64,000 bases of DNA from Candidatus Latescibacterota bacterium (GCA_965237675.1 OZ250150.1:4384001-4448000); one strand, 5' to 3'. Positions 42,868 through 53,339 are shown, counted from the stretch's first letter. Program-made: numbers and translations. Notes: generated from the letters alone by a model not told the origin.

Positions 42868-44418
42868 ATGAGTAATCGCCAGCAAGCCTGCGAGGATTCA
42901 GGGAACGTGAAAACAGACAAACGCGGGGGAATCTGCTTCCGTGTGGACGACAACAAGCCGATTCGACAATGGATCGAATTCGCGGAGGTTTTCAACCGGT
43001 ACGGTTTGAAATTCTGCGCGGCACTGTGTCCGGGAAGAATGGCCGGCGACGAAACATATACGAGGCTGGTCAGGACATTGCAGGACCAGGGGCACGAAAT
43101 TATGGACCACACGCCCCTTCACAGCGTGGACAAGCTCCCGCTCCCTCACGGCGCGGATGCCGATGCCTGGCGCGCGATGCCGGGCGTGGACCACGTGGAT
43201 GAAACGCGCGTCTACCTGACCTATGCTGAGATTGACACGGCATCGCTTCCGGAAGGTCGCGCGGATATTTCGGGCAACCTGATGACAAGCCGGACGCCTC
43301 AAGGTCTGCACGACACCAACCAGACGAGATTCATCGCCGTCTACCTGCCCCATACCGGCAGTGCATTTCGGTTCCGGCAGATTGAGCATTCGGACGATGG
43401 CGTATTGGCGTTGCGTAGTTTTTGGGACGAAGACAACGTGCATCTGGGAGAACATCGGGATATCGTCTACCACAAGCTGGGCAAAGCCGACGTTCGGATG
43501 ACGTTGGCCTCCCGCAGGCTTTTGGCCGAAACGTCGCTGAAACTGTTTGACGACCTTGGTCTTGGACGTCCCTTTACGTGGATACAGCCGGGCTCGGGAG
43601 GGTGTTCCGACTTTTGGCGTGAAGATGTCAAAGCATGTTTTGGAGATCTGTACGGATACGTGGCCGCAGCAACCTACCCGGACCGGTCTTTGAAGTGCTA
43701 CAACGAGGATGATCCCAACGGGGACAAGTGCTTCGGTATGCAGTGGGGAAACTTCAACGACGAGGCGCAGGATCTGGATTGGAACCTGAAACGAATTGCA
43801 GACGGGATCGCCAGGCACCACGTTCTTATCGGCCACAGCCACTTCTGGACGCACGCCATGCCGGACGGTTGGGACGGTTATCTTAAACGGGTGGATCGGA
43901 TCCTGTCCTGGTGCAAGGACAACCGGGTCCCGGTAAGGACCTATTCGGAGTGGGCAGAGGTTCTCTATCAGGTGAGACCGGACCCTGAAGTGAATGTATT
44001 TCCCGAACTGGGTGTCGACCTGGATGCAGACGGTGCTCCCGATGGGTACGATGTGTTGTCGGCGGAGTGGGTCCGGAGCGACGGCGGGCCCGATGGCGTC
44101 GGTGTTTTTCTGGCGGCACAGAATGCCGGGGCGATCTGCAAAGTGGATCGATTGGGTGGCCTGGAAAAGGGCGCAAATACCTTTTCGGTCTGGACATGCG
44201 GGCATCCAGGGGGTTCCATTGAGGCAACGTTCAGGTTCTTCGAAACCGGAACGATGGAAAAACTCACGTTTTCCGTGGAAAGCCCCGATTGGACCATTCA
44301 ACAGGCGACTGTCATGGTGCCGACCGAAGCTTCTCTGGTGAATATCTCAATCGAGTGCACGCGTACCAGCGGCGGCGTTTTAACGATAGGCGGGATGCGT
44401 TTGAGCGCGTGTAAATGA
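42868..44418 (+). CDS. Polysaccharide deacetylase-like protein with insertion and C-terminal beta-rich domain
   Basis: ICFRVDD, LQDQGHEIMDHTPLH, WIQPG NodB-like motifs. Confidence 0.65.
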   Translation: MSNRQQACEDSGNVKTDKRGGICFRVDDNKPIRQWIEFAEVFNRYGLKFCAALCPGRMAGDETYTRLVRTLQDQGHEIMDHTPLHSVDKLPLPHGADADAWRAMPGVDHVDETRVYLTYAEIDTASLPEGRADISGNLMTSRTPQGLHDTNQTRFIAVYLPHTGSAFRFRQIEHSDDGVLALRSFWDEDNVHLGEHRDIVYHKLGKADVRMTLASRRLLAETSLKLFDDLGLGRPFTWIQPGSGGCSDFWREDVKACFGDLYGYVAAATYPDRSLKCYNEDDPNGDKCFGMQWGNFNDEAQDLDWNLKRIADGIARHHVLIGHSHFWTHAMPDGWDGYLKRVDRILSWCKDNRVPVRTYSEWAEVLYQVRPDPEVNVFPELGVDLDADGAPDGYDVLSAEWVRSDGGPDGVGVFLAAQNAGAICKVDRLGGLEKGANTFSVWTCGHPGGSIEATFRFFETGTMEKLTFSVESPDWTIQQATVMVPTEASLVNISIECTRTSGGVLTIGGMRLSACK

Positions 44419-44497
44419 GGTCCCGATATACGAACTTGAAGCCCGCCGCGTGTGTTGGAGGAGATGAGATGCGGTTTCAGGCGAAAAGGACCGACCG

Positions 44498-45637
44498 ATG
44501 ACCAAGAGTGCCGACGCCTACGATCTGCTGATTTCAGCTGGCCGCGTCTTCTGCGCCGAGACCGGCCTGGACGGACCCGGCGCCGTCGCCGTACGGGGTG
44601 ACCGCATCGTCGCCTCCGGTACGGACGTGAGCGGAACCGCGTCACGGACCCTCGACTACCCCGACGCCATGCTCCTGCCGGGTCTGGTGGACATACACGC
44701 CCATCCGGCCAGGGGCGGTTCACGGTTCGGCGTCGATCCCGACCTGCACTTTCTTCCGCGAGGGGTCACCACGTGTATGTCGCAGGGGGACGCCGGCGCC
44801 CTCAACTGGCCCGCCTATCGCGACGAGGTTATCCACGCGAGCCGCACCCGGGTGCGGCTCGCCCTGCACCTGTCGAAATACGGCGAATCGCCGCCGGATC
44901 ACTGTTTCGAGCGTCTCGAGAACGCCGACGTCGACCTCTGTGTCGATACCCTCGCGGAGGCGGGGGACGAGATCTGGGGCATCGCGTTCAACACATTACT
45001 CGAACCCACCCTCCCCCACGACCCGAGAGAGATCCTGCGCCGCGGAATCGATGCGGCCGAACGGAGCGGCCGCCCCATCCTTTACGGACCGCGCTTCAAC
45101 AGTGACTTTCCCCTCGAGGAACAGTTGCCGCGTCTACGGGCTGGAGACCTCTTCACGTATACGTTCAGCCCCCGTCCGGATAACATCATCGCCGGCGGAA
45201 GGGTCCGGCAGGCTGTCCGGGAGGCTAGAGGCCGGGGGGTTCTGTTCGACGGCTGCCACGGGATGCAGTCCTTCAGCTTCACCCACGCCGAGCAGGCCAT
45301 CGCCGAGGGATTCTACCCCGATACGATTTCCACCGACCAGTACCTGGCTCACGTCGGTGCCGATCCGCCCCACCACCTGCCCAGAACGATGTCAAAATAC
45401 ATCGCCGCCGGCATGCCCGAAGCCGAAGTCCTGGCGCGGGCGACCGCCCGCCCGGCGGCATTGCTGGGGCTGGAGGGCGAAGCCGGCACCCTGGCCCCCG
45501 GCGCGGGTGCCGACCTGGCCGTGTTGCAGTGGAATCCCGATGGACGTCTGTCCGACGTGCTCGGCGTCGAACGCCCGGGGGGATGCTGGGAACCGGCGGC
45601 GACGGTGAAATCGGGCGAAATTGTTCGGCAAGACTGA
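44498..45637 (+). CDS. Metal-dependent amidohydrolase (dihydroorotase/deacetylase-like)
   Basis: PGLVDIHAH, GVTT, DAG, PDTISTD, GTLAPGAGADLAV. Confidence 0.85.
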   Translation: MTKSADAYDLLISAGRVFCAETGLDGPGAVAVRGDRIVASGTDVSGTASRTLDYPDAMLLPGLVDIHAHPARGGSRFGVDPDLHFLPRGVTTCMSQGDAGALNWPAYRDEVIHASRTRVRLALHLSKYGESPPDHCFERLENADVDLCVDTLAEAGDEIWGIAFNTLLEPTLPHDPREILRRGIDAAERSGRPILYGPRFNSDFPLEEQLPRLRAGDLFTYTFSPRPDNIIAGGRVRQAVREARGRGVLFDGCHGMQSFSFTHAEQAIAEGFYPDTISTDQYLAHVGADPPHHLPRTMSKYIAAGMPEAEVLARATARPAALLGLEGEAGTLAPGAGADLAVLQWNPDGRLSDVLGVERPGGCWEPAATVKSGEIVRQD

Positions 45638-45844
45638 CCTGCCCCATTCGAAGCCAACCCTCGCCCCTGCTCACCCACCTTGGTTTTTCGGTCATCTCCG
45701 AGGATGTTGACGTCATCTTTTCCTCAGCGTCGAGACGCCGATTCTGCGCAAGAATCATCTTCAGCCGCTTTCCGCCGATTGATACCGGTCGGCTGTGTCC
45801 ACATTAAACACCGTCAAGACCCCATCTCTCGAGGGAGTCCCCCA

Positions 45845-46795
45845 TTGAGTCAGGAAGTAATCATGATCGGCGGGTTCGTGCTTGCTTCGTATTCGATCGT
45901 CGGCAACGATGCTATTCAGACTCTGGGGACTTTTCTCAGTTCCAACGCCAGGCGCCCGTGGTGGGTACTCTGGATCTTCGCCTACAGCATCCTGGTGGCA
46001 GTACTGGCTTACGGATGGTGGATTCACCACGACGTCTCCTATGGCAGGCTGGAGAAGATTCCCGTTCCCAATCACTGGACATGGATCTACTGCGTTCCGC
46101 CGTTCGTCCTGCTTCTATTGACCCGCTCCGGCATCCCCGTCAGTACCACTTTCCTCACCCTGACGATTTTTGCGCCGAAGGCCTTGCCGAGCATGCTGAT
46201 CAAGTCGTTGAGCGGGTATGCCACCGCTTTCATCGCGGCCATTCTGATCTACCGATGGGTCACCGGGCGAATCGAATCCCGATTTCATCGGACAGAGGGG
46301 CCAACCAGCGGCTGGTGGGTGGTGGCGCAATGGTGTTCAACCGGTTTTCTCTGGAGCCAGTGGCTGATTCAGGATCTGGCCAACATCTTCGTCTTCCTCC
46401 CTCGGGACCTGTCACCGGAATTTTTCGTCATGGCGATGGTCGTCATGCTGGTCCTGCACGCCGCGATCTTCTACGCCCACGGCGGCGCCATCCAGAAGGT
46501 GGTGCTGTCGAAGTCGAACACGACGGACATCCGTTCGGCGACGTTCGTTGATCTGATCTACGGTATTGTACTGCTCCTGTTCAAGGAAGTTTCCAAGCTC
46601 CCGATGAGTACAACGTGGGTCTTCGTCGGCCTCCTGGCAGGACGGGAGATCGCGGTCGCCTGGAATCAGCGGCACCGCAGCCGCCAGGAAGTGAGGCGTC
46701 TGGTTTTGATGGATTTCGCGAAAATTACCGGCGGGCTCGTTGTCAGCATCGCCCTCGCCTATCTCCTGCCCATGATACAGGCGAAGATCGGCTGA
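45845..46795 (+). CDS. Membrane protein with PiT/phosphate-permease-like motifs
   Basis: YSIVGNDAIQTLGTF, GIPVSTTF, QDLANI, LPMSTTW; about nine TM helices; GGAG RBS before TTG. Confidence 0.7.
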   Translation: MSQEVIMIGGFVLASYSIVGNDAIQTLGTFLSSNARRPWWVLWIFAYSILVAVLAYGWWIHHDVSYGRLEKIPVPNHWTWIYCVPPFVLLLLTRSGIPVSTTFLTLTIFAPKALPSMLIKSLSGYATAFIAAILIYRWVTGRIESRFHRTEGPTSGWWVVAQWCSTGFLWSQWLIQDLANIFVFLPRDLSPEFFVMAMVVMLVLHAAIFYAHGGAIQKVVLSKSNTTDIRSATFVDLIYGIVLLLFKEVSKLPMSTTWVFVGLLAGREIAVAWNQRHRSRQEVRRLVLMDFAKITGGLVVSIALAYLLPMIQAKIG

Positions 46796-46838
46796 CGTGT
46801 CGAGAACCCAGGATAGGACATAAATGGAGAGAACCTGC

Positions 46839-48128
46839 ATGACGTATGGCAATCCGCGGACCGACGGGCAAATTGAATCCTGCTTTCAGCAGGCTGCTGA
46901 AGAGTACGCCGCTTTCGGCGTGAACGCGCATGAAGCCGTGGAGAAGGCGGCTGACGTGCCCATCTCGCTTCACTGCTGGCAGGCCGACGATGTGGCGGGA
47001 TTTGAGGTCATGGACGAAGCCGTGGAAGGCGGCGGCATCATGGCCACCGGAAACTATCCGGGCCGCGCACGAAACGGCGAAGAACTGCGCGGAGACCTGG
47101 AAATGGCCATCAGTCTCTTGCCCGGGCGGCACCGTGTGAACGTACACGCTTCCTACGGCGACACGGGCGGTGAAGTCGTGGACCGGGATCGCCTGGAACC
47201 CGAACATTTCGAGGGATGGATTGCCTGGGCGAAGGAGAAACAGGTCGGACTGGACTTCAACCCCACCTATTTCGCCCATCCAAAGGCGAATGACGGGTAC
47301 ACCCTCGCCCATCCGGATAAAGATATCCGGGAATTCTGGATCCGGCACGGCGTGGTCAGCCGCCGGATCGCTGAAGCCATCGGCATCGCGCTGGGCGACC
47401 CGTGCGTGAACAACCACTGGATACCCGACGGGGCCAAAGACCATCCAGCGGATCGCCTCGGGCCCCGCGAACGCCTGGTGGCGTCCCTGGACGCCGTTCT
47501 GGACCCCGCACTGGAAATCGGACCGGCATGCGTGGACGCCGTTGAAGGCAAACTCTTCGGCCTGGGCGTAGAGGATTACACGGTAGGTTCCAACGACTTC
47601 TACGCGAACTACGCCCTGTCCCGCGGCGTGGTCCTTTGCCTGGACATGGGCCACTTTCACCCGACGGAATCCATTGCGGACAAGATCTCCGCGCACCTGC
47701 CCTTCCACGATAAGCTGCTCATCCACACCAGTCGGCCTATCCGTTGGGATTCGGACCACGTCGTGCTGTTCGGCGACGACGTGCGCAACGTTTTCCTCGA
47801 AATCGTCCGGTGCGACGCCCTCGACCGTGTCTACGTGGCCCTCGACTTCTTCGATGCCAGCATCAACCGCATCGGCGCCTACGTGATCGGCACCCGGGCC
47901 ACCCGGAAAGCCATCCTCTACGCGCTGCTGGATCCCACGCAACGGCTGCAGGAACTGGAACGGGAAGGCAAACTGGCTCAGAAGCTGGCGTTGATGGAAG
48001 ATATGAAAACGATGCCCTTCTCGGCCGTCTGGAACATGACCTGCCTCAAGACCGGCGTCCCGCCCGGCGCGGCCTGGATTCCCGAAATGGAAGCCTACGA
48101 GAAACAGGTCCTATCAACGCGGGGATAA
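46839..48128 (+). CDS. rhaA: L-rhamnose isomerase
   Basis: ISLHCWQADDV, TGNYPGRAR, LDFNPTYF, DAVEGKLFG, LDMGHFHPTE, RWDSDHV, LDFFDASINR. Confidence 0.95.
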   Translation: MTYGNPRTDGQIESCFQQAAEEYAAFGVNAHEAVEKAADVPISLHCWQADDVAGFEVMDEAVEGGGIMATGNYPGRARNGEELRGDLEMAISLLPGRHRVNVHASYGDTGGEVVDRDRLEPEHFEGWIAWAKEKQVGLDFNPTYFAHPKANDGYTLAHPDKDIREFWIRHGVVSRRIAEAIGIALGDPCVNNHWIPDGAKDHPADRLGPRERLVASLDAVLDPALEIGPACVDAVEGKLFGLGVEDYTVGSNDFYANYALSRGVVLCLDMGHFHPTESIADKISAHLPFHDKLLIHTSRPIRWDSDHVVLFGDDVRNVFLEIVRCDALDRVYVALDFFDASINRIGAYVIGTRATRKAILYALLDPTQRLQELEREGKLAQKLALMEDMKTMPFSAVWNMTCLKTGVPPGAAWIPEMEAYEKQVLSTRG

Positions 48129-48175
48129 AAAAAACCGCGGAACGGGCGGCAAAAAAACCCACCCTGTTCCGCGGT
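48127..48175. terminator. Probable terminator between rhaA and the defence island
   Basis: ACCGCGGAAC/GTTCCGCGGT stem; the A-run at 48127-48134 gives a U-tail on the minus strand. Confidence 0.55.
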
Positions 48176-48469
48176 CCTCATGGGTTGCGTTTGCCTGCTA
48201 CACGCCCCAATCAGGTTATTTTCAAGCAAAGAGGGCGGAGTACTATTCTTTCAATCGGTGGATGTTACATGGCGATAGGTGACGGGTCCTTAGATAACGG
48301 CAGTGCGGTGTGTTCACTCACAGTTGGATAACATCCAAACTTGTGAAAAAACATCGTGTGCGACCAGAGACCAAACGCCAATCACACTGATGCGCGCGAA
48401 CATCTGATCCGACTCAAGTGTCAAGATAAAGGAGGATAGTACGACAATCCCCACTCCATTAAATTTCAC

Positions 48470-49111
48470 CTATCCCAATCTCTTTTTGTCACACCTTAAC
48501 CCTATTTGTAAATAGGCTATAAGTGCTTCTACATCATCATTTACAGGAATATCCTCGAAAAGCATTTTATGATTTGCTTTAACTCTATATAAATGATTCA
48601 AAATTCGAGCAATTCGTTTTAACACACAGTCAATATTTTCATCATTTATCTTTATCGAACCCTTAAGAGTATGGCTGGCCAACACAAAATCGAGGTCGAA
48701 ATGAGCAAGGTATTTATTTCGCAACGTACGAATCGGCTCCCTTTGGTTCTCGATAATTTGTAAATCATCTACTATTAATTGACGTAATTTGGGATCCTCG
48801 ATTAATTCTGGCAATCTCCATAATGTAAGGTTTCTGTTATTTTTTCGGCCAATATTGTCTGTCAATTTAATTATATGTAATAAAATATCATCCACTAAGA
48901 CTCGCCGCACCATAGTAAAGAATTCAGGTGCGGTTTCTTGTATAATTCTGGTTCGTGCTTTAGAATGTTTAAATAGTCTTTGTAATTGATCCCATTTAAT
49001 ATGAAGCCAAACAACCTCAGCATAAAGTTCATGAAATACTAAGCCAAGATCATCGCCGAAAATCCCTAAATGCCACTGCTTAATTTCCTCTGCTGTTTGC
49101 TTACGAGCCAT
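48470..49111 (-). CDS. HEPN-domain protein, AbiU2-like
   Basis: IRTLRNKYLAHFD (R-x4-6-H), LHIIKLTD, NLTL; markedly AT-rich. Confidence 0.7.
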   Translation of the reverse strand: MARKQTAEEIKQWHLGIFGDDLGLVFHELYAEVVWLHIKWDQLQRLFKHSKARTRIIQETAPEFFTMVRRVLVDDILLHIIKLTDNIGRKNNRNLTLWRLPELIEDPKLRQLIVDDLQIIENQREPIRTLRNKYLAHFDLDFVLASHTLKGSIKINDENIDCVLKRIARILNHLYRVKANHKMLFEDIPVNDDVEALIAYLQIGLRCDKKRLG

Positions 49112-49182
49112 TTTTATATCTTTGCCGAAAAAATGCGATTCATTTTAAACGCTGACGATGCCCATCATTGACCCTGGACCCC

Positions 49183-49285
49183 GAGCCGCTCTCTGAGCAC
49201 TCGCCCTGTGTCTGTCGAAGGGTCGGCGAGGGGAATAAGCTACCGTAAATGCGGGCGCTTCGACAAATTGGTTCGTCATCCTCAA
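49183..49285. repeat. Degenerate copy 2 of the 28648 repeat family
   Basis: Shares GAGCCGCT..CTGAGC, TGTCGAAGGGTCGGCGA and GCGGGC..TTCGACAA with 28683-28775. Confidence 0.65.
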
Positions 49286-49445
49286 CGCAGGCAGCGTCCA
49301 CGGTTGGACTGGTGCTTTCCACTATAGCACAGGAAATGACAGTCAACCATTTACTGCTCCTGGCAATACTTCGATATCCCTCCAGTAATCGTACCTCTGA
49401 CTCACTCCCACGTTTCAAGCGAAACTCGAAGGCTGATCGCGCTCG

Positions 49446-52400
49446 TTACGTACCTGCCGGTTCGTAAGCGAGGCTGAACACGGTATCGGTCATCCAGCGC
49501 TTGAAGCCCGGGTTGTCCATGTACAGTTTGAACAGTTCGGTGTCGTCACGCATCACTCCTGTCATCACGCGCACCAGCGCCTTGTCGTGCTCGATCCGGG
49601 CATTCTGGCGGTCGGAGTTCTCCCGTGCGTTCCGGAATGCGGTGTCGGCGGCGACGCGGGCCGGAATGGTCTCTGTGATGAGTTGCCGCACGCGGTCTTC
49701 ATCTTCCCATTGAATGTCGCCAAAATGCTCGTTGAAGACCCGAAGTATGTTGGAGAGTCGATCCAATTCCGGCTCCGGGTGATGCCCTGCGCCGGCAGCC
49801 GGTACCGGATCGATCTCGGCATTCTCGTCCGGCAACAGGATCCGTTGCATTGCCTGCTTCTCAACCCGGTAGCTGTCGAGATCAATCGCATCAAGGATAC
49901 CTTTGGAGAGGTCCTCTTCCTCGGGAGCCGGCAACTTCGGGACCAGGAAGTTTAGGAAAATGGAACGCTTTTCCCATGCGACAACGTTGTATGGAAGGAT
50001 GGATGAAAGAAAGGCGTAGGTTCGCACGAAAGTTTTGGCCTTACCTTTGAACGCGACCTGGCCGTCTTCGTCCAGGTCGCGTCGATAGACCGCTACGCAA
50101 GCGTCCAGGATTGGATCGAGAAGGTCGCGATCCGCCCCATCCAGGTAGCGCCTGACAAACTCGTCGATCTGCCCCTCGGAATAGACCTGCGCGCCGTCCA
50201 GTTCCGCCTGCAGGTCGTGCAGCTTGTTGGGGTCGGTCTCGTCGGCCAGGATCGTAGCCCGGTAGAAGTCTGCAAATGCTTCGCGGATGGTGTCGGTGTC
50301 GTTGAGAAAGTCGAGCACGAACACGTCGTGCTTCTTGGGGTGCGCCCGGTTGAGGCGAGACAGGGTCTGCACGGCCTTTATTCCGGACAGCGTTTTGTCC
50401 ACGTACATCGTGTGCAGCAGGGGCTCATCGTAGCCGGTCTGAAACTTGTCCGCGCACACCAGGAACCGGTAAGGATCCTCATGAAATCGCTTAGCGATCT
50501 GGGTGGAGGGAAGGCCGTTCAACGACGCCTCGCTCACCCTGGCGCCGCCGTACTCGTGCTCGCCGGAGAAAGCGACAAGGGCCTGGTATTGGCTCTTGCG
50601 CTCCCTGAGGTAGTCTCCAATGGCATGGTAGTACTGGATCGCGCGCTCGATACCATTTGTGACAACCATCGCCCGCGCCGAGCCTCCGATCTTTCCCTGC
50701 TTCAGCACCTGGTCATGAAAGTGGTCGACCATGATTTCGGCCTTGAGATGAATCGCGTGGTCGCTGCCCTCCACGAAACGGCGCAGCTTCTTCTGCGCCC
50801 TGCGAGCGTCAAACTCGGGGTCGTCTTCCACCGTTTTGGCTATCTTGTAGTAGCTGGCCACCGGCGTGTAGCGGGCCAGAACGTCGAGGATGAAGCCTTC
50901 CTGGATCGCCTGCTTCATGGTGTAGCTATGGAAGGCGCGATGCCTCACCGTACCGCCCGGCTGTGAGTCCGGGGCGCCGAAGATCTCGAGCGTCTTGTTC
51001 TTGGGTGTGGCGGTAAACGCGAAGTAGCTGGCGTTGGGTAGGAGCTTGCGCGACACCATCAAACGGTTAATCCTGTCTTCAAAGGTATCCTGATCGTCTT
51101 CTTCCCCCGCTTCCGAGAGCGCCTGTGCCATGGCTGCGCTGGTGCGGCCCCCCTGGCTTGAGTGGGCTTCGTCGATGATGATGGCGAAGCGCCTCCCACG
51201 CTGCTCGTTGCCGATCTCGTCCAGGATGAAAGGGAACTTCTGGACCGTGGAAATGATAATCTTCTTGCCGCTTTCGATGAACCGGCGCAGATCGCCCGAG
51301 CCGTCGGCGTGCCCTACGGTCGCCGCCACCTGGGCGTATTGTTTGATTGTGTCGCGGATCTGACGGTCCAGGATGAGCCTGTCCGTTACGACGATGATCG
51401 AGTCGAAAACGGGAGCATCGTCCTTCTCCAGCCGGATCAGTTGGTGGGCGAGCCAGGCGATGGAGTTGCTCTTGCCGCTGCCGGCGGAATGCTGGATCAG
51501 ATAGCGCTGACCCGCACCGCGGGCGCCCGCGTCGGCCAGCAGGCGGCGCACCACGTCGAGCTGATGGAAGCGCGGCCAGATTTGGGTACTCCGCTTCCTG
51601 CCGCTCTTTTCGTCCTTCGACTCCACCACCTGGGCGTAATTCTCCAGGATGTTGGTGAGACTCTCCCGCGTGAGTACTTCACGCCAGAGATAGGAGACCG
51701 CAAGACCGTGCGGGTTGGGCGGGTTGCCCGCGCCGTCGTTCCAGCCGCGGTTAAAGGGAAGAAACCAGGACGCCTTACCCTTTACGTGTGTACAAAAACG
51801 CACCTCGCGCTCATCCAATGCGAAGTGCACGATGCATCGCCCGAATTCAAACAACTTTTCACGCGGGTTCCGGTCCTTTCGGTACTGCCAGACCGCATCG
51901 TCCACCGTCTGTTTGGTGAGGCTGTTCTTCAGCTCAAAGGTGAAGACCGGCAGCCCGTTAATGAACAGCCCGATGTCCAGTGCCCGCTGCGCCTCGTCTC
52001 GGCTGTAGCGAAGCTGCCGCGTGACGGTAAAACGGTTCCGCTCGAAAAGTTCCTGTGCCTGCGGGTTGCCGGCCGAAGGAGTTCCGTAGAACAGATCCAG
52101 GTTCAGCGCCCGGTGCTTGATCCCGTTGCGCAGCACGTCGATGGTACCGCGCTTGCTGATTTCGCCCTGGAGCCGGGTCAGAAACGCACGTCGCGCGGGA
52201 CCACCCTGACCCTGTAGGGGCGACCGGCCGGTCGCCCCTACATAGGTGGATGCCATACCAACGGCCTCGGCGACGTCCGGCTGGGTGTCGCGCAGGAATA
52301 CCGCCAGTTGCACCAGATCGACGCAGTACTCGCGGTCGTAGTCGTGTGGATTGCCGCAACTCCAGCCGACACCGCCATAACCCACAGGCGGTTCTCCCAC

Positions 52401-52490
52401 AGTGCCTGCAGCGGGGGGCTCGCAGCCCTGGCCTGTCAAGGCGGTACAAATCAGGCGTTCAAGTCCGCGTTCGGAGGTATCGGTATTCAC
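49446..52490 (-). CDS. hsdR: Type I restriction endonuclease subunit R
   Basis: LDIGLFINGLP..ELKN nuclease motif, QHSAGSGKS, IIDEAHSSQ, AFTATPK, KFQTGYDEP, QTLSRLNR. Confidence 0.95.
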   Translation of the reverse strand: MNTDTSERGLERLICTALTGQGCEPPAAGTVGEPPVGYGGVGWSCGNPHDYDREYCVDLVQLAVFLRDTQPDVAEAVGMASTYVGATGRSPLQGQGGPARRAFLTRLQGEISKRGTIDVLRNGIKHRALNLDLFYGTPSAGNPQAQELFERNRFTVTRQLRYSRDEAQRALDIGLFINGLPVFTFELKNSLTKQTVDDAVWQYRKDRNPREKLFEFGRCIVHFALDEREVRFCTHVKGKASWFLPFNRGWNDGAGNPPNPHGLAVSYLWREVLTRESLTNILENYAQVVESKDEKSGRKRSTQIWPRFHQLDVVRRLLADAGARGAGQRYLIQHSAGSGKSNSIAWLAHQLIRLEKDDAPVFDSIIVVTDRLILDRQIRDTIKQYAQVAATVGHADGSGDLRRFIESGKKIIISTVQKFPFILDEIGNEQRGRRFAIIIDEAHSSQGGRTSAAMAQALSEAGEEDDQDTFEDRINRLMVSRKLLPNASYFAFTATPKNKTLEIFGAPDSQPGGTVRHRAFHSYTMKQAIQEGFILDVLARYTPVASYYKIAKTVEDDPEFDARRAQKKLRRFVEGSDHAIHLKAEIMVDHFHDQVLKQGKIGGSARAMVVTNGIERAIQYYHAIGDYLRERKSQYQALVAFSGEHEYGGARVSEASLNGLPSTQIAKRFHEDPYRFLVCADKFQTGYDEPLLHTMYVDKTLSGIKAVQTLSRLNRAHPKKHDVFVLDFLNDTDTIREAFADFYRATILADETDPNKLHDLQAELDGAQVYSEGQIDEFVRRYLDGADRDLLDPILDACVAVYRRDLDEDGQVAFKGKAKTFVRTYAFLSSILPYNVVAWEKRSIFLNFLVPKLPAPEEEDLSKGILDAIDLDSYRVEKQAMQRILLPDENAEIDPVPAAGAGHHPEPELDRLSNILRVFNEHFGDIQWEDEDRVRQLITETIPARVAADTAFRNARENSDRQNARIEHDKALVRVMTGVMRDDTELFKLYMDNPGFKRWMTDTVFSLAYEPAGT
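52213..52242. repeat. GTAG-class REP palindrome inside hsdR
   Basis: Perfect 30-bp palindrome TGTAGGGGCGACCGGCCGGTCGCCCCTACA, translated as VGATGRSPLQ. Confidence 0.9.
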
Positions 52491-52498
52491 TGCAAAGC

Positions 52499-52912
52499 CT
52501 ATTGGTCCGTGAACGGGTTTATGACCCGGAGGCCATCGTAGTCCTGTTCCGTACTCATATCCTCGGAATACACGGCATCGCAGCCCAGGGCGCGCGCCGC
52601 GGCGAGAATTGCACCGTCCCAGTAGGACAGCCGGAAACGTTGGCTGATGGCGATGGCCTCAAGAAAAACGTCCATCGTCATGGTCTGAATCCGGAACAGC
52701 AGAATCGGCTCCAGGAATTGCAAAGCTCTATTGCCAGAAAGACTGCGGATCCGTGTCGGCCGGGTGGCTTGGTGATAGAACTCCTGCAGCACTTGGCCGG
52801 ACGCGGCGAGGTCGGGTTCTGTCAGGACTTCCAGCGCCCGCGCCCGCTTATCGGCCTCCTCCGGGACCTCGCTGACAGCGTACAGCAGGACATTGGTATC
52901 TACGAATCGCAT
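52499..52912 (-). CDS. vapC: PIN-domain toxin (VapC-like)
   Basis: FVDTNVLLY, QVLQEF, LSYWDG, YSED, INPF. Confidence 0.9.
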   Translation of the reverse strand: MRFVDTNVLLYAVSEVPEEADKRARALEVLTEPDLAASGQVLQEFYHQATRPTRIRSLSGNRALQFLEPILLFRIQTMTMDVFLEAIAISQRFRLSYWDGAILAAARALGCDAVYSEDMSTEQDYDGLRVINPFTDQ

Positions 52913-53262
52913 GGCGAGACTCTGAGTGCTTCAGAGATGCTGCGCTGCCGCTCGCGCTCGGCGACAGCCTCGGCCCTTGCCGCGACGCGGTCGTACAACG
53001 CCTCTCTGGGCAGGTTGTCGGACATCCGCAACCCAATACCCTGTCTATCGAAGTCCGCGAGCACTTCCCGCAGCAGCCTGCACCGACGCTGATAGATGGT
53101 TTCAATAGACTCGGCACTGGCTTCGCCCCCCGCATCCGGCGCCGCTGCCAGATGTCTCAGGTAGTCTCGCACGAGGGCCGAAACCGATGTGTCCATCTCC
53201 GCCGCCCGGATACGGGCGAGCCGGTGGGTCTGTTCGTCGATGGATACGGTAATGTTTTTCAT
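52900..53262 (-). CDS. Ribbon-helix-helix antitoxin
   Basis: MKNITVSIDE..ARIRAAEMDTSVSALVRDYL, REALYDR; overlaps the PIN gene. Confidence 0.85.
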   Translation of the reverse strand: MKNITVSIDEQTHRLARIRAAEMDTSVSALVRDYLRHLAAAPDAGGEASAESIETIYQRRCRLLREVLADFDRQGIGLRMSDNLPREALYDRVAARAEAVAERERQRSISEALRVSPCDS

Positions 53263-53339
53263 GGCCACAGCCTCACAGTTTCTGGGTAGCACAGTTTAAG
53301 TGCTTTTGGGCCGATAGGCAACACCTGCGGCCGGGCGGC

